From positions 1-64,000 of IMG/VR virus record IMGVR_UViG_3300028887_000102: a stretch of 64,000 bases of DNA; one strand, written 5' to 3'. Positions within the stretch are counted from its first letter, which is position 1, and the number at the start of each line of letters is the position of its first letter. Positions 54,502 to 63,240 of this stretch are shown here, piece after piece. The notes beneath the pieces were generated by a model. The model was not told the origin of the DNA. It was given only the letters and a program-made list of their open reading frames with translations, and did not search any database. Source of the DNA: a virus. Lineage: Duplodnaviria > Caudoviricetes. A program made the translations under genes and the position numbers.

Positions 54502-55132
54502 AAATGTGTGGTCCCACCTAAATGCCTATGTCGAGAGTATAATTCCTAGTGGGCTAGATAAAGCATTAGAAAATTTGAATAAGGAATATGATATTATGCA
54601 GAACGATGAAATCCGGGAAATTCTACCTACCCAGATAACGGAATCAACCGATGTGGCATTCTTACGAACCGTCCGTGAGTATTTGGATGGTCTTGTCCAA
54701 GCGGCAAAGGACAAGGATATTACCGAGCATCTTACGGAATATCGCCCGACGTATGAGGGTAAGTTTATTTTGACCCTTGGAAAGATTTATACCAAGGCAT
54801 CATTCGTGAATAACCCGAATGACATCACAATCGCAAAGATTCATAGTGTGGATTATGTTTTGTGTGGGGCATTAAAGTGTCACGCAACCATCTTCAATAT
54901 CAAATATAAAGATGATGACAGCCACCGTGCCGCAGGGTTGAACACTACTAATTTTGATAGTGTTTCTATTCGGGCTTATAATCATACCGGGTATAGTGTT
55001 GAATTGGTAGATAAACCGATATTCTTGACACAAGAACAAGTTCAAACTTATGTGGATGATGCAACGAAACGATGCCGTTTTAATGGCAGATGGTTTCTTG
55101 AAGAAACTGGAATATGGAAGAAGACCGTATGA
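54458..55132 (+). CDS. Hypothetical protein (start may be 54596)
   Basis: ORF; RBS-like AAGGA before 54596. Confidence 0.55.
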   Translation: MLKNYAVRKRIRTYENVWSHLNAYVESIIPSGLDKALENLNKEYDIMQNDEIREILPTQITESTDVAFLRTVREYLDGLVQAAKDKDITEHLTEYRPTYEGKFILTLGKIYTKASFVNNPNDITIAKIHSVDYVLCGALKCHATIFNIKYKDDDSHRAAGLNTTNFDSVSIRAYNHTGYSVELVDKPIFLTQEQVQTYVDDATKRCRFNGRWFLEETGIWKKTV

Positions 55133-55250
55133 AGTGGACTTGGGATGACATAATCATATTTCCGTTGATTGTTCTTGCTGCTATTTTTAATGGTATCTGC
55201 GATGCTTGGAATCGTATTAGTGGATTCTTTTACCATTTACGGCATCGGAG

Positions 55251-55481
55251 ATGATGATGTGGCACGTGGTAGAAAAAGATGGCTTACCCACGAAACCCGG
55301 AAACTATGTTGTTGCCTATTGGGATAGTTGTTTTGGTCTCAAGTTCGGTAAACGAGTTTGGAATAACGATAAACAACGATGGTCTATTGAAGTTCCGCAC
55401 AAAAAAGTTCTTGCCTACTTTTCGATAGCGGATTTGCAGAGAACTTGTAGAATCGCCTTGAATATGGAGATTGACAAATGA
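55251..55481 (+). CDS. DUF551-like small phage protein (W...LP...Y.V...V.A)
   Basis: Motif pattern. Confidence 0.45.
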   Translation: MMMWHVVEKDGLPTKPGNYVVAYWDSCFGLKFGKRVWNNDKQRWSIEVPHKKVLAYFSIADLQRTCRIALNMEIDK

Positions 55482-55634
55482 TATACAAGATTGAATTGAA
55501 CATTGATTCTAATAAACTTACGGATGCCGAAGTGAATGCTTTGGATGCCATCTTGGATAAGGCTATTCCTGAAATTGAGAAAGTATGCAAGTTGAAATCC
55601 GTTTCCGTAAACTCTATGCTACACTGGAGCAAAG

Positions 55635-55826
55635 ATGAAGATATTACTTGAATTACCCGATGACTTTAAGGAACATTATGACTTTGACAAGTTCAAGGAT
55701 TCTCTTGGCAGAGTTTCTTGTGATTTGAAAGAACACGAAGTTCTTATGTCCGGCAATTATGAACAAGAACTTATGGATGCTCTTTACAAGGCATTCCCTA
55801 ATTCAAAGGAGATGAAAGATGGCTGA
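55635..55826 (+). CDS. Small hypothetical protein
   Basis: Coupled ORF. Confidence 0.55.
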   Translation: MKILLELPDDFKEHYDFDKFKDSLGRVSCDLKEHEVLMSGNYEQELMDALYKAFPNSKEMKDG

Positions 55827-55985
55827 TTCAATTCCGTTGCCTAAAGATGATTTCGGTAATATCGCAGTTGCTTGTATTACTTGTGGTAATCCTATTCGTA
55901 TTCGTGGTACAAGAGTGTTTCCTATATGCAGAGATTGTATTGCAATGTTGAGAGATATTATTGCCGAAAGGAAAAATAAGACCGA

Positions 55986-56240
55986 ATGAAAAAGTGTGAC
56001 TATTGTCAATCGGGTAAATCCTTGTATCATAGTGGTGGTTGGTTTGACTCCGTTGATGTTGATATTAGGGATGGAGACCAGTTGCGATTTTCGTACCCGG
56101 ATGATGAGTGCGAAGATTATTATAGCATCACGATTGATATTAAGTTTTGCCCGATGTGTGGGAGACCACTTAAACCGGAAAACATAAAACATCGCATACA
56201 CCTTAAACCATCGGATTACATTGAGCATAGTGGGAGATAG
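55986..56240 (+). CDS. CxxC...I.FCPMCGR.L zinc-finger protein, paralog 1
   Basis: CDYC and FCPMCGRPL. Confidence 0.7.
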   Translation: MKKCDYCQSGKSLYHSGGWFDSVDVDIRDGDQLRFSYPDDECEDYYSITIDIKFCPMCGRPLKPENIKHRIHLKPSDYIEHSGR

Positions 56241-56241
56241 T

Positions 56242-56451
56242 ATGTGCCAATACTGCGAATTGAATAATCACGGAATGGGTAAGCCCCTAGCAACTAATAA
56301 CAAGGGTAATTTTAAATATCCCCTTGTTGATTTGTGGCGTGACAATGAAACAAGGGATAATAAGATTGTGCTTGTTGTCCATTATGATGAAGAAGAACCC
56401 CTTACTATCGGTATCAAATTTTGTCCGATGTGTGGCAGACCTTTGGAGTAA
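56242..56451 (+). CDS. CxxC...I.FCPMCGR.L zinc-finger protein, paralog 2
   Basis: MCQYC and FCPMCGRPL. Confidence 0.7.
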   Translation: MCQYCELNNHGMGKPLATNNKGNFKYPLVDLWRDNETRDNKIVLVVHYDEEEPLTIGIKFCPMCGRPLE

Positions 56452-56454
56452 TGT

Positions 56455-56664
56455 ATGTGTTGCTTCTGCGATGGTACAACATCAATGCATTCCGTCCGGG
56501 GCTATGATATTAGTCCTAGAGTAGTTAAGACGGATGCTTGGGCTAGTGCTAGTGGCTGGTGCATCGAGTTTGAGACACCCGATGATTCGGGGTGGACTAC
56601 TACCCAAATTGAGATTACTAATTGTCCTATGTGCGGAAGAAAATTAGGAGAGCTCGATGTCTAA
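56455..56664 (+). CDS. CxxC...I.NCPMCGR.L zinc-finger protein, paralog 3
   Basis: CCFC and NCPMCGRKL. Confidence 0.7.
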   Translation: MCCFCDGTTSMHSVRGYDISPRVVKTDAWASASGWCIEFETPDDSGWTTTQIEITNCPMCGRKLGELDV

Positions 56665-56890
56665 TTATTGTATTCGGTTTCAAGACATTTTTGGGAAAAT
56701 AAAGAATAGGTGTATCTACAATGCCGTGGATGAAAATGATGCTATCGCAAAGTTTAATGCAGACCCCCGAAAGGATATGGCTTCCATTATCGTGGTTTCC
56801 CCACTTAAACCGATAGACATTGACGAGTGGCATAACGCAGAGATTACGAATAAGACATATATGAAAGGTTTGATTAGGAGACACGAATGA
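56657..56890 (+). CDS. Hypothetical protein
   Basis: Coupled ORF. Confidence 0.55.
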   Translation: MSNYCIRFQDIFGKIKNRCIYNAVDENDAIAKFNADPRKDMASIIVVSPLKPIDIDEWHNAEITNKTYMKGLIRRHE

Positions 56891-57138
56891 GTTCTTATGA
56901 TGACATTTTGCATTGGGTTGTAAACTATTTTGTTGATGAAACTATGACTAGCCCCGAATGTCTAGGCAAGAATACTACCTTATCTGAATTAGGTCGTGAT
57001 GCGTTTGTGGATAGGGTATTGCTGGTGGTAGCCATAGAAAGTGAGTACGATGTGATTATTAACGATGACGAACGAGATTCGTGGGAAATATTAGACGATG
57101 TAGCAAAAACAATTTTCAAAAAGGAACATAAGGTATGA
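56887..57138 (+). CDS. Acyl-carrier-protein-like protein lacking the phosphopantetheine serine
   Basis: LGRDAFVDRVLLVVAIESEYDVIINDDE aligns with ACP [27 protein letters not shown]. Confidence 0.7.
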   Translation: MSSYDDILHWVVNYFVDETMTSPECLGKNTTLSELGRDAFVDRVLLVVAIESEYDVIINDDERDSWEILDDVAKTIFKKEHKV

Positions 57139-58337
57139 TAGAAATTAAAGGTAAATTCAACGTGGCAAAGGTTTTTACCGATAACCTTGAATCCGAAGCC
57201 TATAAGCAAATCTTGAACTTGATGAACCAAAAATTTGCGGAGGGTTCAAAGTTTGCTATTATGCCCGATGCCCATGCAGGGGTTGGGTGTGTTATCGGTT
57301 TGACGATGAAACTTGTAGATAAGGTTGTTCCAAACCTTGTAGGCGTGGACATTGGATGCGGTATGTTGGTCTTGAAGATTGACAAGTCGTTTAAAATGGA
57401 TTTGCCGAAAATGGATAAGATTTGGCATCAAGAAATTCCATCGGGTATGAACCATCGTACCAAGAAGCATCGTTTCGCAGATACCGTGCCACTCGAAGAT
57501 TTGGTCACACCGGTTAATGCCGATAAGCTCCGTTTGTCGGTGGGTTCTCTTGGTAGTGGAAACCATTTCGGAGAAGTGGATGTGGATGACGATGGCAACT
57601 ATTACATTGTAATCCATTCGGGGTCCAGACATCTTGGTATTGAAGTTTGCAAGTTCCACCAGAACCGAGCGATTGAATACCATCGGGGCAATCGTGACAT
57701 TGAAAAGGACATCATCTTGCGATGCAAAGCCGAGGGCAGGGTCAAGGATATTGAAAAGGAACTCCGTGATTTCCACGAAGCGAAGACCCCGATTCCTAAT
57801 GAGTTGGCATACCTTGAGGGTTCGTATATGCAAGATTACTTGGCAGATATGCGAATCGCTCAAGATTTCGCCATCAAGAATCGTGAAGCGATGATGCAAG
57901 TTGTCATTGATTCTATGGGTATTAAGAACCACCATATCCTTGGTAAATTCTGCACTATCCATAACTACATTGACTTGGATGCTATGGTTCTTCGCAAGGG
58001 TTCTATTTCCCTGCAACAAGACCAAATGGCGATTATCCCGATGAATATGCGCGATGGCTCTTTGATTGTCCGTGGAAAGGGAAACCCCGAATGGAATTTC
58101 TCTGGTCCGCATGGAGCAGGGCGTTTGATGTCTCGTTCAAAGGCAAAGGAAACTTTGACGATGGAAGATTTCAAGTCTTCAATGTCCGGCATCTACACGA
58201 CTTGTGTAAGCACCAAGACTCTTGACGAATCCCCAATGGCTTATAAGCCTATGGATGAAATCGTTGAGAACATCCGGGACTCCGCAGACATTGTACGGAC
58301 TATCAAGCCCATCTATAACTTTAAGGCAGAAGAATAA
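57135..58337 (+). CDS. rtcB: RtcB RNA ligase
   Basis: MPDAHAG.GC.IG, VGVDIGCG, LGSGNHF, IHSGSR, H.IHNY, HGAGR, LDESP.AYK. Confidence 0.97.
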   Translation: MIEIKGKFNVAKVFTDNLESEAYKQILNLMNQKFAEGSKFAIMPDAHAGVGCVIGLTMKLVDKVVPNLVGVDIGCGMLVLKIDKSFKMDLPKMDKIWHQEIPSGMNHRTKKHRFADTVPLEDLVTPVNADKLRLSVGSLGSGNHFGEVDVDDDGNYYIVIHSGSRHLGIEVCKFHQNRAIEYHRGNRDIEKDIILRCKAEGRVKDIEKELRDFHEAKTPIPNELAYLEGSYMQDYLADMRIAQDFAIKNREAMMQVVIDSMGIKNHHILGKFCTIHNYIDLDAMVLRKGSISLQQDQMAIIPMNMRDGSLIVRGKGNPEWNFSGPHGAGRLMSRSKAKETLTMEDFKSSMSGIYTTCVSTKTLDESPMAYKPMDEIVENIRDSADIVRTIKPIYNFKAEE

Positions 58338-58363
58338 AAATTAAAAATTTTTACAAAATTGTA

Positions 58364-58392
58364 TTGACATCTCCTTGATAATTAGTTATATT
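58364..58392 (+). promoter_or_regulatory. Early promoter copy 9
   Basis: UP-like element, TTGACA-17-TATATT. Confidence 0.85.
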
Positions 58393-58428
58393 ACTAGCGA
58401 GTATAACACACAAGGAGATGTTTTTTTT

Positions 58429-58542
58429 ATGTTTTGCTATTATAACGGTATTCCGTGTTCAATTTTTGAAATTGACGAAATCCAGAAGCGGATGTCGGAA
58501 AAGAAGAAAGCCGTTAAGAAGACATCCAAATTTAAAAAGTGA
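58429..58542 (+). CDS. 37-aa basic peptide MFCYYNGIPCSIFE...
   Basis: Hand translation; AAGGAG upstream; N-terminus paralogous to next ORF. Confidence 0.55.
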   Translation: MFCYYNGIPCSIFEIDEIQKRMSEKKKAVKKTSKFKK

Positions 58543-58549
58543 GTTCCCT

Positions 58550-58699
58550 ATGCATTTTTATTTTCAAGGCATTCCCTGCCCGATTCCAGAGATGCTGGAA
58601 CTTATTAGACGGGCTTATTCCGAAGCGAATAAATCCGGCAAGAAAGTGTCCGTACCTAAATTGATGTCGGCGTTCTCTATCGTAAAGGTTAAGAAATGA
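58550..58699 (+). CDS. 49-aa basic peptide MHFYFQGIPCPIPE...
   Basis: Paralogous N-terminus. Confidence 0.55.
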   Translation: MHFYFQGIPCPIPEMLELIRRAYSEANKSGKKVSVPKLMSAFSIVKVKK

Positions 58700-58849
58700 C
58701 AATCATCTTGAGTTCCACGGCTCCTTGGGATAAACTAGAAGATTTTAAGGATGCAAAGCTCCCGAATGAAGAAGATGTTCGGGTTGCTTTGGAATCATAC
58801 TTTAATCGTGACCACGAAAATTTTAGTGTAATCAATAACGGAGATTTAT

Positions 58850-59041
58850 ATGTCTAATTCATCAAATTTCTTGGCAGCCACATTAGGTCTTCTTTCGGGT
58901 TCTGGCTACCCGGTGGATGCCATCATTGATTCTTGTTGCAGGGAAACTGCAAAGGATAGGGCAGCGGAACGCCGTATGCATTGGCAAGAAAAAGAAAGGC
59001 TTCGTAAAGAAGAATATAATAAACGATTTGATGGTAGGTAG
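58850..59041 (+). CDS. Small hypothetical protein
   Basis: GGAGA RBS. Confidence 0.5.
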   Translation: MSNSSNFLAATLGLLSGSGYPVDAIIDSCCRETAKDRAAERRMHWQEKERLRKEEYNKRFDGR

Positions 59042-59145
59042 TATGCTTGGTGTATGCTTGAAAACTAATCCGGCATTTGAAAGGGCTTTGGCTCGTTTCT
59101 TGAAGATGCAAGCGAAAAAGAAATCCAAGAATAACGGATAGACCG

Positions 59146-59373
59146 ATGCCAACGGAATTGAACGATTCGGAAATTCTTGATATGCTTTATCCGCGTGTGT
59201 TGTCAAGGGAAGAATATTATGCCCCTTTTCATCTCACTAGAGACGCTTATCGCAATATGCCATATAGTAGTAAATATTGGTTGCTTTATTGCCCTGCAAC
59301 CGAAACTGCGAAACGGCTAGACCCCGAAGACCCTAGAGATGTTCAAATTATGCAAAATTGGAGGCACAAATAA
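59146..59373 (+). CDS. Hypothetical protein
   Basis: ORF in operon. Confidence 0.5.
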   Translation: MPTELNDSEILDMLYPRVLSREEYYAPFHLTRDAYRNMPYSSKYWLLYCPATETAKRLDPEDPRDVQIMQNWRHK

Positions 59374-59828
59374 TGTCATCGCTTGAAGATGAAATCGCAA
59401 AAGAAGTAGAATCCGTTATGACGGTTATTCCCAAAGTTGGTGGGGTTTACCACGTGTTCAATGATGGTAAGGTCACTTGGTCACGCCATCATCTTGAAAC
59501 TTGTGTGGAAGTGATTCCGTTCAATGATTTCAAGAGCCATAAGATGTATTCCGAATGGCTCGACTGCATCAAGGAATGCGATTGGCTCTATGCCCAGACA
59601 ACGGATTATATCGTGGTCTGCAAGGTTATGGATGACCCCGATGACGAATTGGTGTACTACACCCGAACTACGGATGGCGATTGGTTCGGCTTCGGTACAA
59701 TGCTTGATGATGGTATTTTGGACACTGATAGAACCCGATGGAAGTATTGGATTGATTATGTGCGAAGTGGTCAAACCGAATATTCTACGGATGAAATCAA
59801 GGAAATGGAAGAAGCCGATAAATATTAG
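59373..59828 (+). CDS. Conserved-looking phage protein (F.DGK..SR...CDWLYA.TTDY...RT.DG.WF)
   Basis: TAATG coupling; motif pattern. Confidence 0.6.
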   Translation: MSSLEDEIAKEVESVMTVIPKVGGVYHVFNDGKVTWSRHHLETCVEVIPFNDFKSHKMYSEWLDCIKECDWLYAQTTDYIVVCKVMDDPDDELVYYTRTTDGDWFGFGTMLDDGILDTDRTRWKYWIDYVRSGQTEYSTDEIKEMEEADKY

Positions 59829-59837
59829 GAGATACCT

Positions 59838-60113
59838 ATGGTTGCAAAAACACTTGTTTTGTCTAGTGATTTGGTACAAGCCATCCAGTATGATGGCAAA
59901 AATAAAGATGAAGTTATCAATTTTTTGGGCGATTTACCTTATGTCCAACATTCCGATGATTCTCTTTGTGTAGTTGATTTGAGTATTTATCAATCGCAAA
60001 CCATTGTATGTGTAGGGGATTACATCATCCGGGATTCTAATGGTAATTATGACTGCATCTCTAAAGAACAAATTGAATCCGATTATGTTGTAGTGTCCAC
60101 GGATAATGTATGA
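59838..60113 (+). CDS. AIQY.G.N...GDYII family small phage protein (paralog of 62445)
   Basis: Motif pattern. Confidence 0.6.
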   Translation: MVAKTLVLSSDLVQAIQYDGKNKDEVINFLGDLPYVQHSDDSLCVVDLSIYQSQTIVCVGDYIIRDSNGNYDCISKEQIESDYVVVSTDNV

Positions 60114-60547
60114 AGTACAATATAGAACATCCCGAATATGCAATGAATTTCAAGTTCCTATCCAAGTATCGGAAGGTCAAAGTATCTAATCGGTTTTATT
60201 ATTGGAACAAGAATGCATATAAACGAGAATGCCCTTTTTGCCATAAGACACGCAGGGCTGGGTATATCTTCGGATGCCCAGATTGCTACATCTATCGTGA
60301 GATTGCTTTTCAACTGCGGGGTCTTTCCGAATATATGGCGAAGCAAGGTATTTCGCTTAAATGGGATATGTCGAATAAGAATGTTGCGATTCAAACGACG
60401 GTGCTTACAACCAACGGACTCCAATACACGGCTACGGACACTTTAACGGTCAAAGAAATAAAGGAACATACACGAACGAAACCACTTGAAGAATTGTTCG
60501 CAAAGGTAATTGCAAACCAATGTGGTTTCTCATTTAAAGGAGACTAA
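60110..60547 (+). CDS. Zinc-finger protein (CPFC...CPDC)
   Basis: Cys pairs. Confidence 0.55.
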   Translation: MKYNIEHPEYAMNFKFLSKYRKVKVSNRFYYWNKNAYKRECPFCHKTRRAGYIFGCPDCYIYREIAFQLRGLSEYMAKQGISLKWDMSNKNVAIQTTVLTTNGLQYTATDTLTVKEIKEHTRTKPLEELFAKVIANQCGFSFKGD

Positions 60548-60550
60548 TAT

Positions 60551-60871
60551 ATGCCCGATGAAAATAGTAAATGGACTTTTGATGCTCTTGCCAATAATTA
60601 TCCTAATCCTAGTTTTTGGGGGCGTCACAAGTGGTACAATGCAGATGATGTTCAATGCTGGATTTTGCATTTGAAAGAAGTCCATGATAAGGAAATGAAT
60701 GAACTCCGTGAACAAATGCAGAATGAATCTAAAAAGATTCAAATGGATGTTTTTACTGCAATCCAGACAATAGAAGACCAAATCTCGTCTGGGATTCAAC
60801 CGGTCATTAGAAATTTAATTAACACATATCTTAACAATATCAAAGAAGGTATTAACAATGCCGACAAATAA
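60551..60871 (+). CDS. Hypothetical coiled-coil protein
   Basis: AAGGAG RBS. Confidence 0.55.
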   Translation: MPDENSKWTFDALANNYPNPSFWGRHKWYNADDVQCWILHLKEVHDKEMNELREQMQNESKKIQMDVFTAIQTIEDQISSGIQPVIRNLINTYLNNIKEGINNADK

Positions 60872-61760
60872 TAAAGTAGTTGTTCAACTTTTCTCCGGTG
60901 TTCACGGCAACGAACATTGTGCCGTACTTTCGAGCATCCGTGCAAAGGAAATCATCAAGGATGACTCTATGGACATTCGCCTTATGGATGGGGTTAATGT
61001 TCCCGGTTTGCGTGACAATGTTCGTGAAGTAGCCGACCACTCCAAGGATGTAATTACAGACCTTAATCGTAAGTTTACGATTTATAAGGAACCGGATAAG
61101 ATTGATGTCATCACAAAACATATTGAAGACACCATTGAACTTGCAGACATCGTTATTGATATTCACAATTCCCCCGCTTGTATGAATTGTGTTCTTATTT
61201 CTAACAACGGATATGCCCCTGCATATATCCAGCATTGCATTAGCCATAATCTTTCGTACCTTTTATGGGAATCCGATACGGACACCATCAAGAAGTATTC
61301 TCAAGATATGAACAAGGTGGGCATTACGATTGAGCTTGGTGGTATGGGTGGCTCCGTGCATCAAAAGCATCTTATTACCGAGCAGACTCAATTCATCATT
61401 GATGTAATTGAATCTTTCCAGGGTATGTCAAAGGATGTTCTCAAGAAAGTCTTTACACCAACAAAGCCGGGTTCGTTTGAACCTAGTTATCGGTTCTTTG
61501 ATTCCAGTTTTTTGTGGCAACCGATTTTCGCACATTCCGAAGGTGTCATTGAATACCTTTATGACGTGGGCGAGTCTATTGATAAGGGTGCGGTTATTTG
61601 CCGTATTCATAGCAAGAAAGATGGTCACGCACCTTATACCGAAGTGGTTTCCCCTTGTACCGGTAAACTCGCAGAAATTTCGGATGCCTTGTATGTAAGG
61701 GCTGCCGATTGCTTCTGCCATATCCAACCGGATATTCGTTGTAAGGATAAAGAATGTTAG
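60858..61760 (+). CDS. Succinylglutamate desuccinylase/aspartoacylase (AstE/AspA, M14-like) metallohydrolase
   Basis: GVHGNE, DLNR.F, IDIHN, ITIELG, C-terminal biotinyl-like barrel (V.SP..G). Confidence 0.8.
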   Translation: MPTNNKVVVQLFSGVHGNEHCAVLSSIRAKEIIKDDSMDIRLMDGVNVPGLRDNVREVADHSKDVITDLNRKFTIYKEPDKIDVITKHIEDTIELADIVIDIHNSPACMNCVLISNNGYAPAYIQHCISHNLSYLLWESDTDTIKKYSQDMNKVGITIELGGMGGSVHQKHLITEQTQFIIDVIESFQGMSKDVLKKVFTPTKPGSFEPSYRFFDSSFLWQPIFAHSEGVIEYLYDVGESIDKGAVICRIHSKKDGHAPYTEVVSPCTGKLAEISDALYVRAADCFCHIQPDIRCKDKEC

Positions 61761-61993
61761 AGCATCCTATCACTGTTGTATATAAGCATCCTTTTTGTAC
61801 AATGGATTCATTTGACCATGGAAATAGTGGCAAATACATAATCTTAATGAAAGATTGTTATATCCATGAAGTCACATATCATTGCTACGATGACGTGTTC
61901 TTCTTAATGGATGGCAAGACAACTATACAACTTAAAGATGTTTATGGCTGGGCTAAAGATAGTTTAGTCATTCAACCTAGAGACTATTTATAG
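61754..61993 (+). CDS. Small hypothetical protein
   Basis: Coupled ORF. Confidence 0.5.
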   Translation: MLEHPITVVYKHPFCTMDSFDHGNSGKYIILMKDCYIHEVTYHCYDDVFFLMDGKTTIQLKDVYGWAKDSLVIQPRDYL

Positions 61994-62002
61994 GAGATAA
62001 TT

Positions 62003-62461
62003 ATGTCGTGGACTTGGAAAGTAGATGGCTATGAAGTTGAATGCCGACAAGTGACTAAACCACAAGTATTCGACCCACCGAAGATGATGCTAGTTAATAC
62101 TCGCGGTAAACTTGTAATGAAAAAGGTGTATGCTATTCTTGCACCAACCGAACGAGCGAATTTTCCGGTAGTGTGCGATGATGACCATTATGCCATTTGT
62201 TGTGAAATCCCGAAGCCCCGCAGGGCTACTCATCGTGAACTTTCTGAATGGTGTGCCAAGGGCAATGGTCAATGGAAGCAATCGGGCGATACTTATTGGA
62301 GCGCCTATAATTATGATGCAAACATCAAAGAAGATGAACCGATTCGTGATGACACGATGATTCGTAAATGGGGAACATCCGAATGGATTGAACCCGATGC
62401 TATTGCGATGGGGCTTCCGAATCCGTATGGTGGGAGGGCTATTCGTGAAAGCGATACCTAA
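62003..62461 (+). CDS. Hypothetical protein with KPQVFDPP N-domain (paralog of 48798)
   Basis: Shared motif. Confidence 0.6.
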   Translation: MSWTWKVDGYEVECRQVTKPQVFDPPKMMLVNTRGKLVMKKVYAILAPTERANFPVVCDDDHYAICCEIPKPRRATHRELSEWCAKGNGQWKQSGDTYWSAYNYDANIKEDEPIRDDTMIRKWGTSEWIEPDAIAMGLPNPYGGRAIRESDT

Positions 62462-62714
62462 AGGAAAGGTGTATGACTGCATTTACTATCGTGGCGATAA
62501 CTCTTTAGAAGTTATTCGCTTTTGTGGTGGAAAGGCTCATACCCCAAGTTCGTATAATACTACTTGGCCCCCCATCTATATTACTGCAACCAATGGTTGT
62601 TGCTATACGGCACCGGTAGGTTCGTATATTGTTAGAGATGGGGATTCTCTTGTGGTGTACGATGAGCAATCCTTTGAACAACAGTTTGACCTTTATCAAG
62701 GTGGTGCAAATTGA
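62445..62714 (+). CDS. IYY.G.N...GSYIV family small phage protein
   Basis: Paralog of 59838; GTG start. Confidence 0.55.
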   Translation: MKAIPKGKVYDCIYYRGDNSLEVIRFCGGKAHTPSSYNTTWPPIYITATNGCCYTAPVGSYIVRDGDSLVVYDEQSFEQQFDLYQGGAN

Positions 62715-62854
62715 GATGCGATAAATGTAATGCCCCGTTATATTGTGGTAGTTGCAGGGAAGCTCCGGGTGGTTTACCCTTGTTTGTCTGCGATACTTGC
62801 TACAATAAGTTAAAAGCCGAACTTGAGAAGAAACCCGAAAAGGAATCTAAATGA
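62711..62854 (+). CDS. Small zinc-finger protein (CDKC, CGSC, CDTC)
   Basis: Hand translation from TTG 62711. Confidence 0.5.
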   Translation: MRCDKCNAPLYCGSCREAPGGLPLFVCDTCYNKLKAELEKKPEKESK

Positions 62855-63240
62855 TAAAATTACCATTGCCTTGCTTTGAGGCATCCGTTCATATAACCAT
62901 TGATGAACGATGTGGCTGGTTCAATAAAGAAGTGTATCTCAAGGAACACGTGGATGCTACTCTGGATGAACTATTAGCATTGAATGAGTTTTACCGAAAG
63001 AATATGAGTCGCTTCGGTACATTAGCGGCTAGGCGATTCTTTGCCATCTATACGGCTAATCGTTCCTTGTGGTTCACTAGAATGGAACGAGCCAAGGCAA
63101 TGGCAGCCATTGATAATTTTGAATCTTACAAGTGTAAACATCCCTGCGGTGTTTGGAACGGAAAGGATTATGATGATTGGGCGGTGGCTTGGAAAAATGT
63201 TGAAACCTTATGCTTAAAACAAATGGAGAAATGGAAATGA
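62851..63240 (+). CDS. Expanded paralog family member
   Basis: YLKEHVDATLDEL, RSLWFTRMERA, WKNVETLCLKQ. Confidence 0.7.
   Translation: MIKLPLPCFEASVHITIDERCGWFNKEVYLKEHVDATLDELLALNEFYRKNMSRFGTLAARRFFAIYTANRSLWFTRMERAKAMAAIDNFESYKCKHPCGVWNGKDYDDWAVAWKNVETLCLKQMEKWK

Noticed and set aside
58418-58549. 93-aa ORF start at 58418
   Set aside because: Better explained as two separate paralogous peptides starting at 58429 and 58550.
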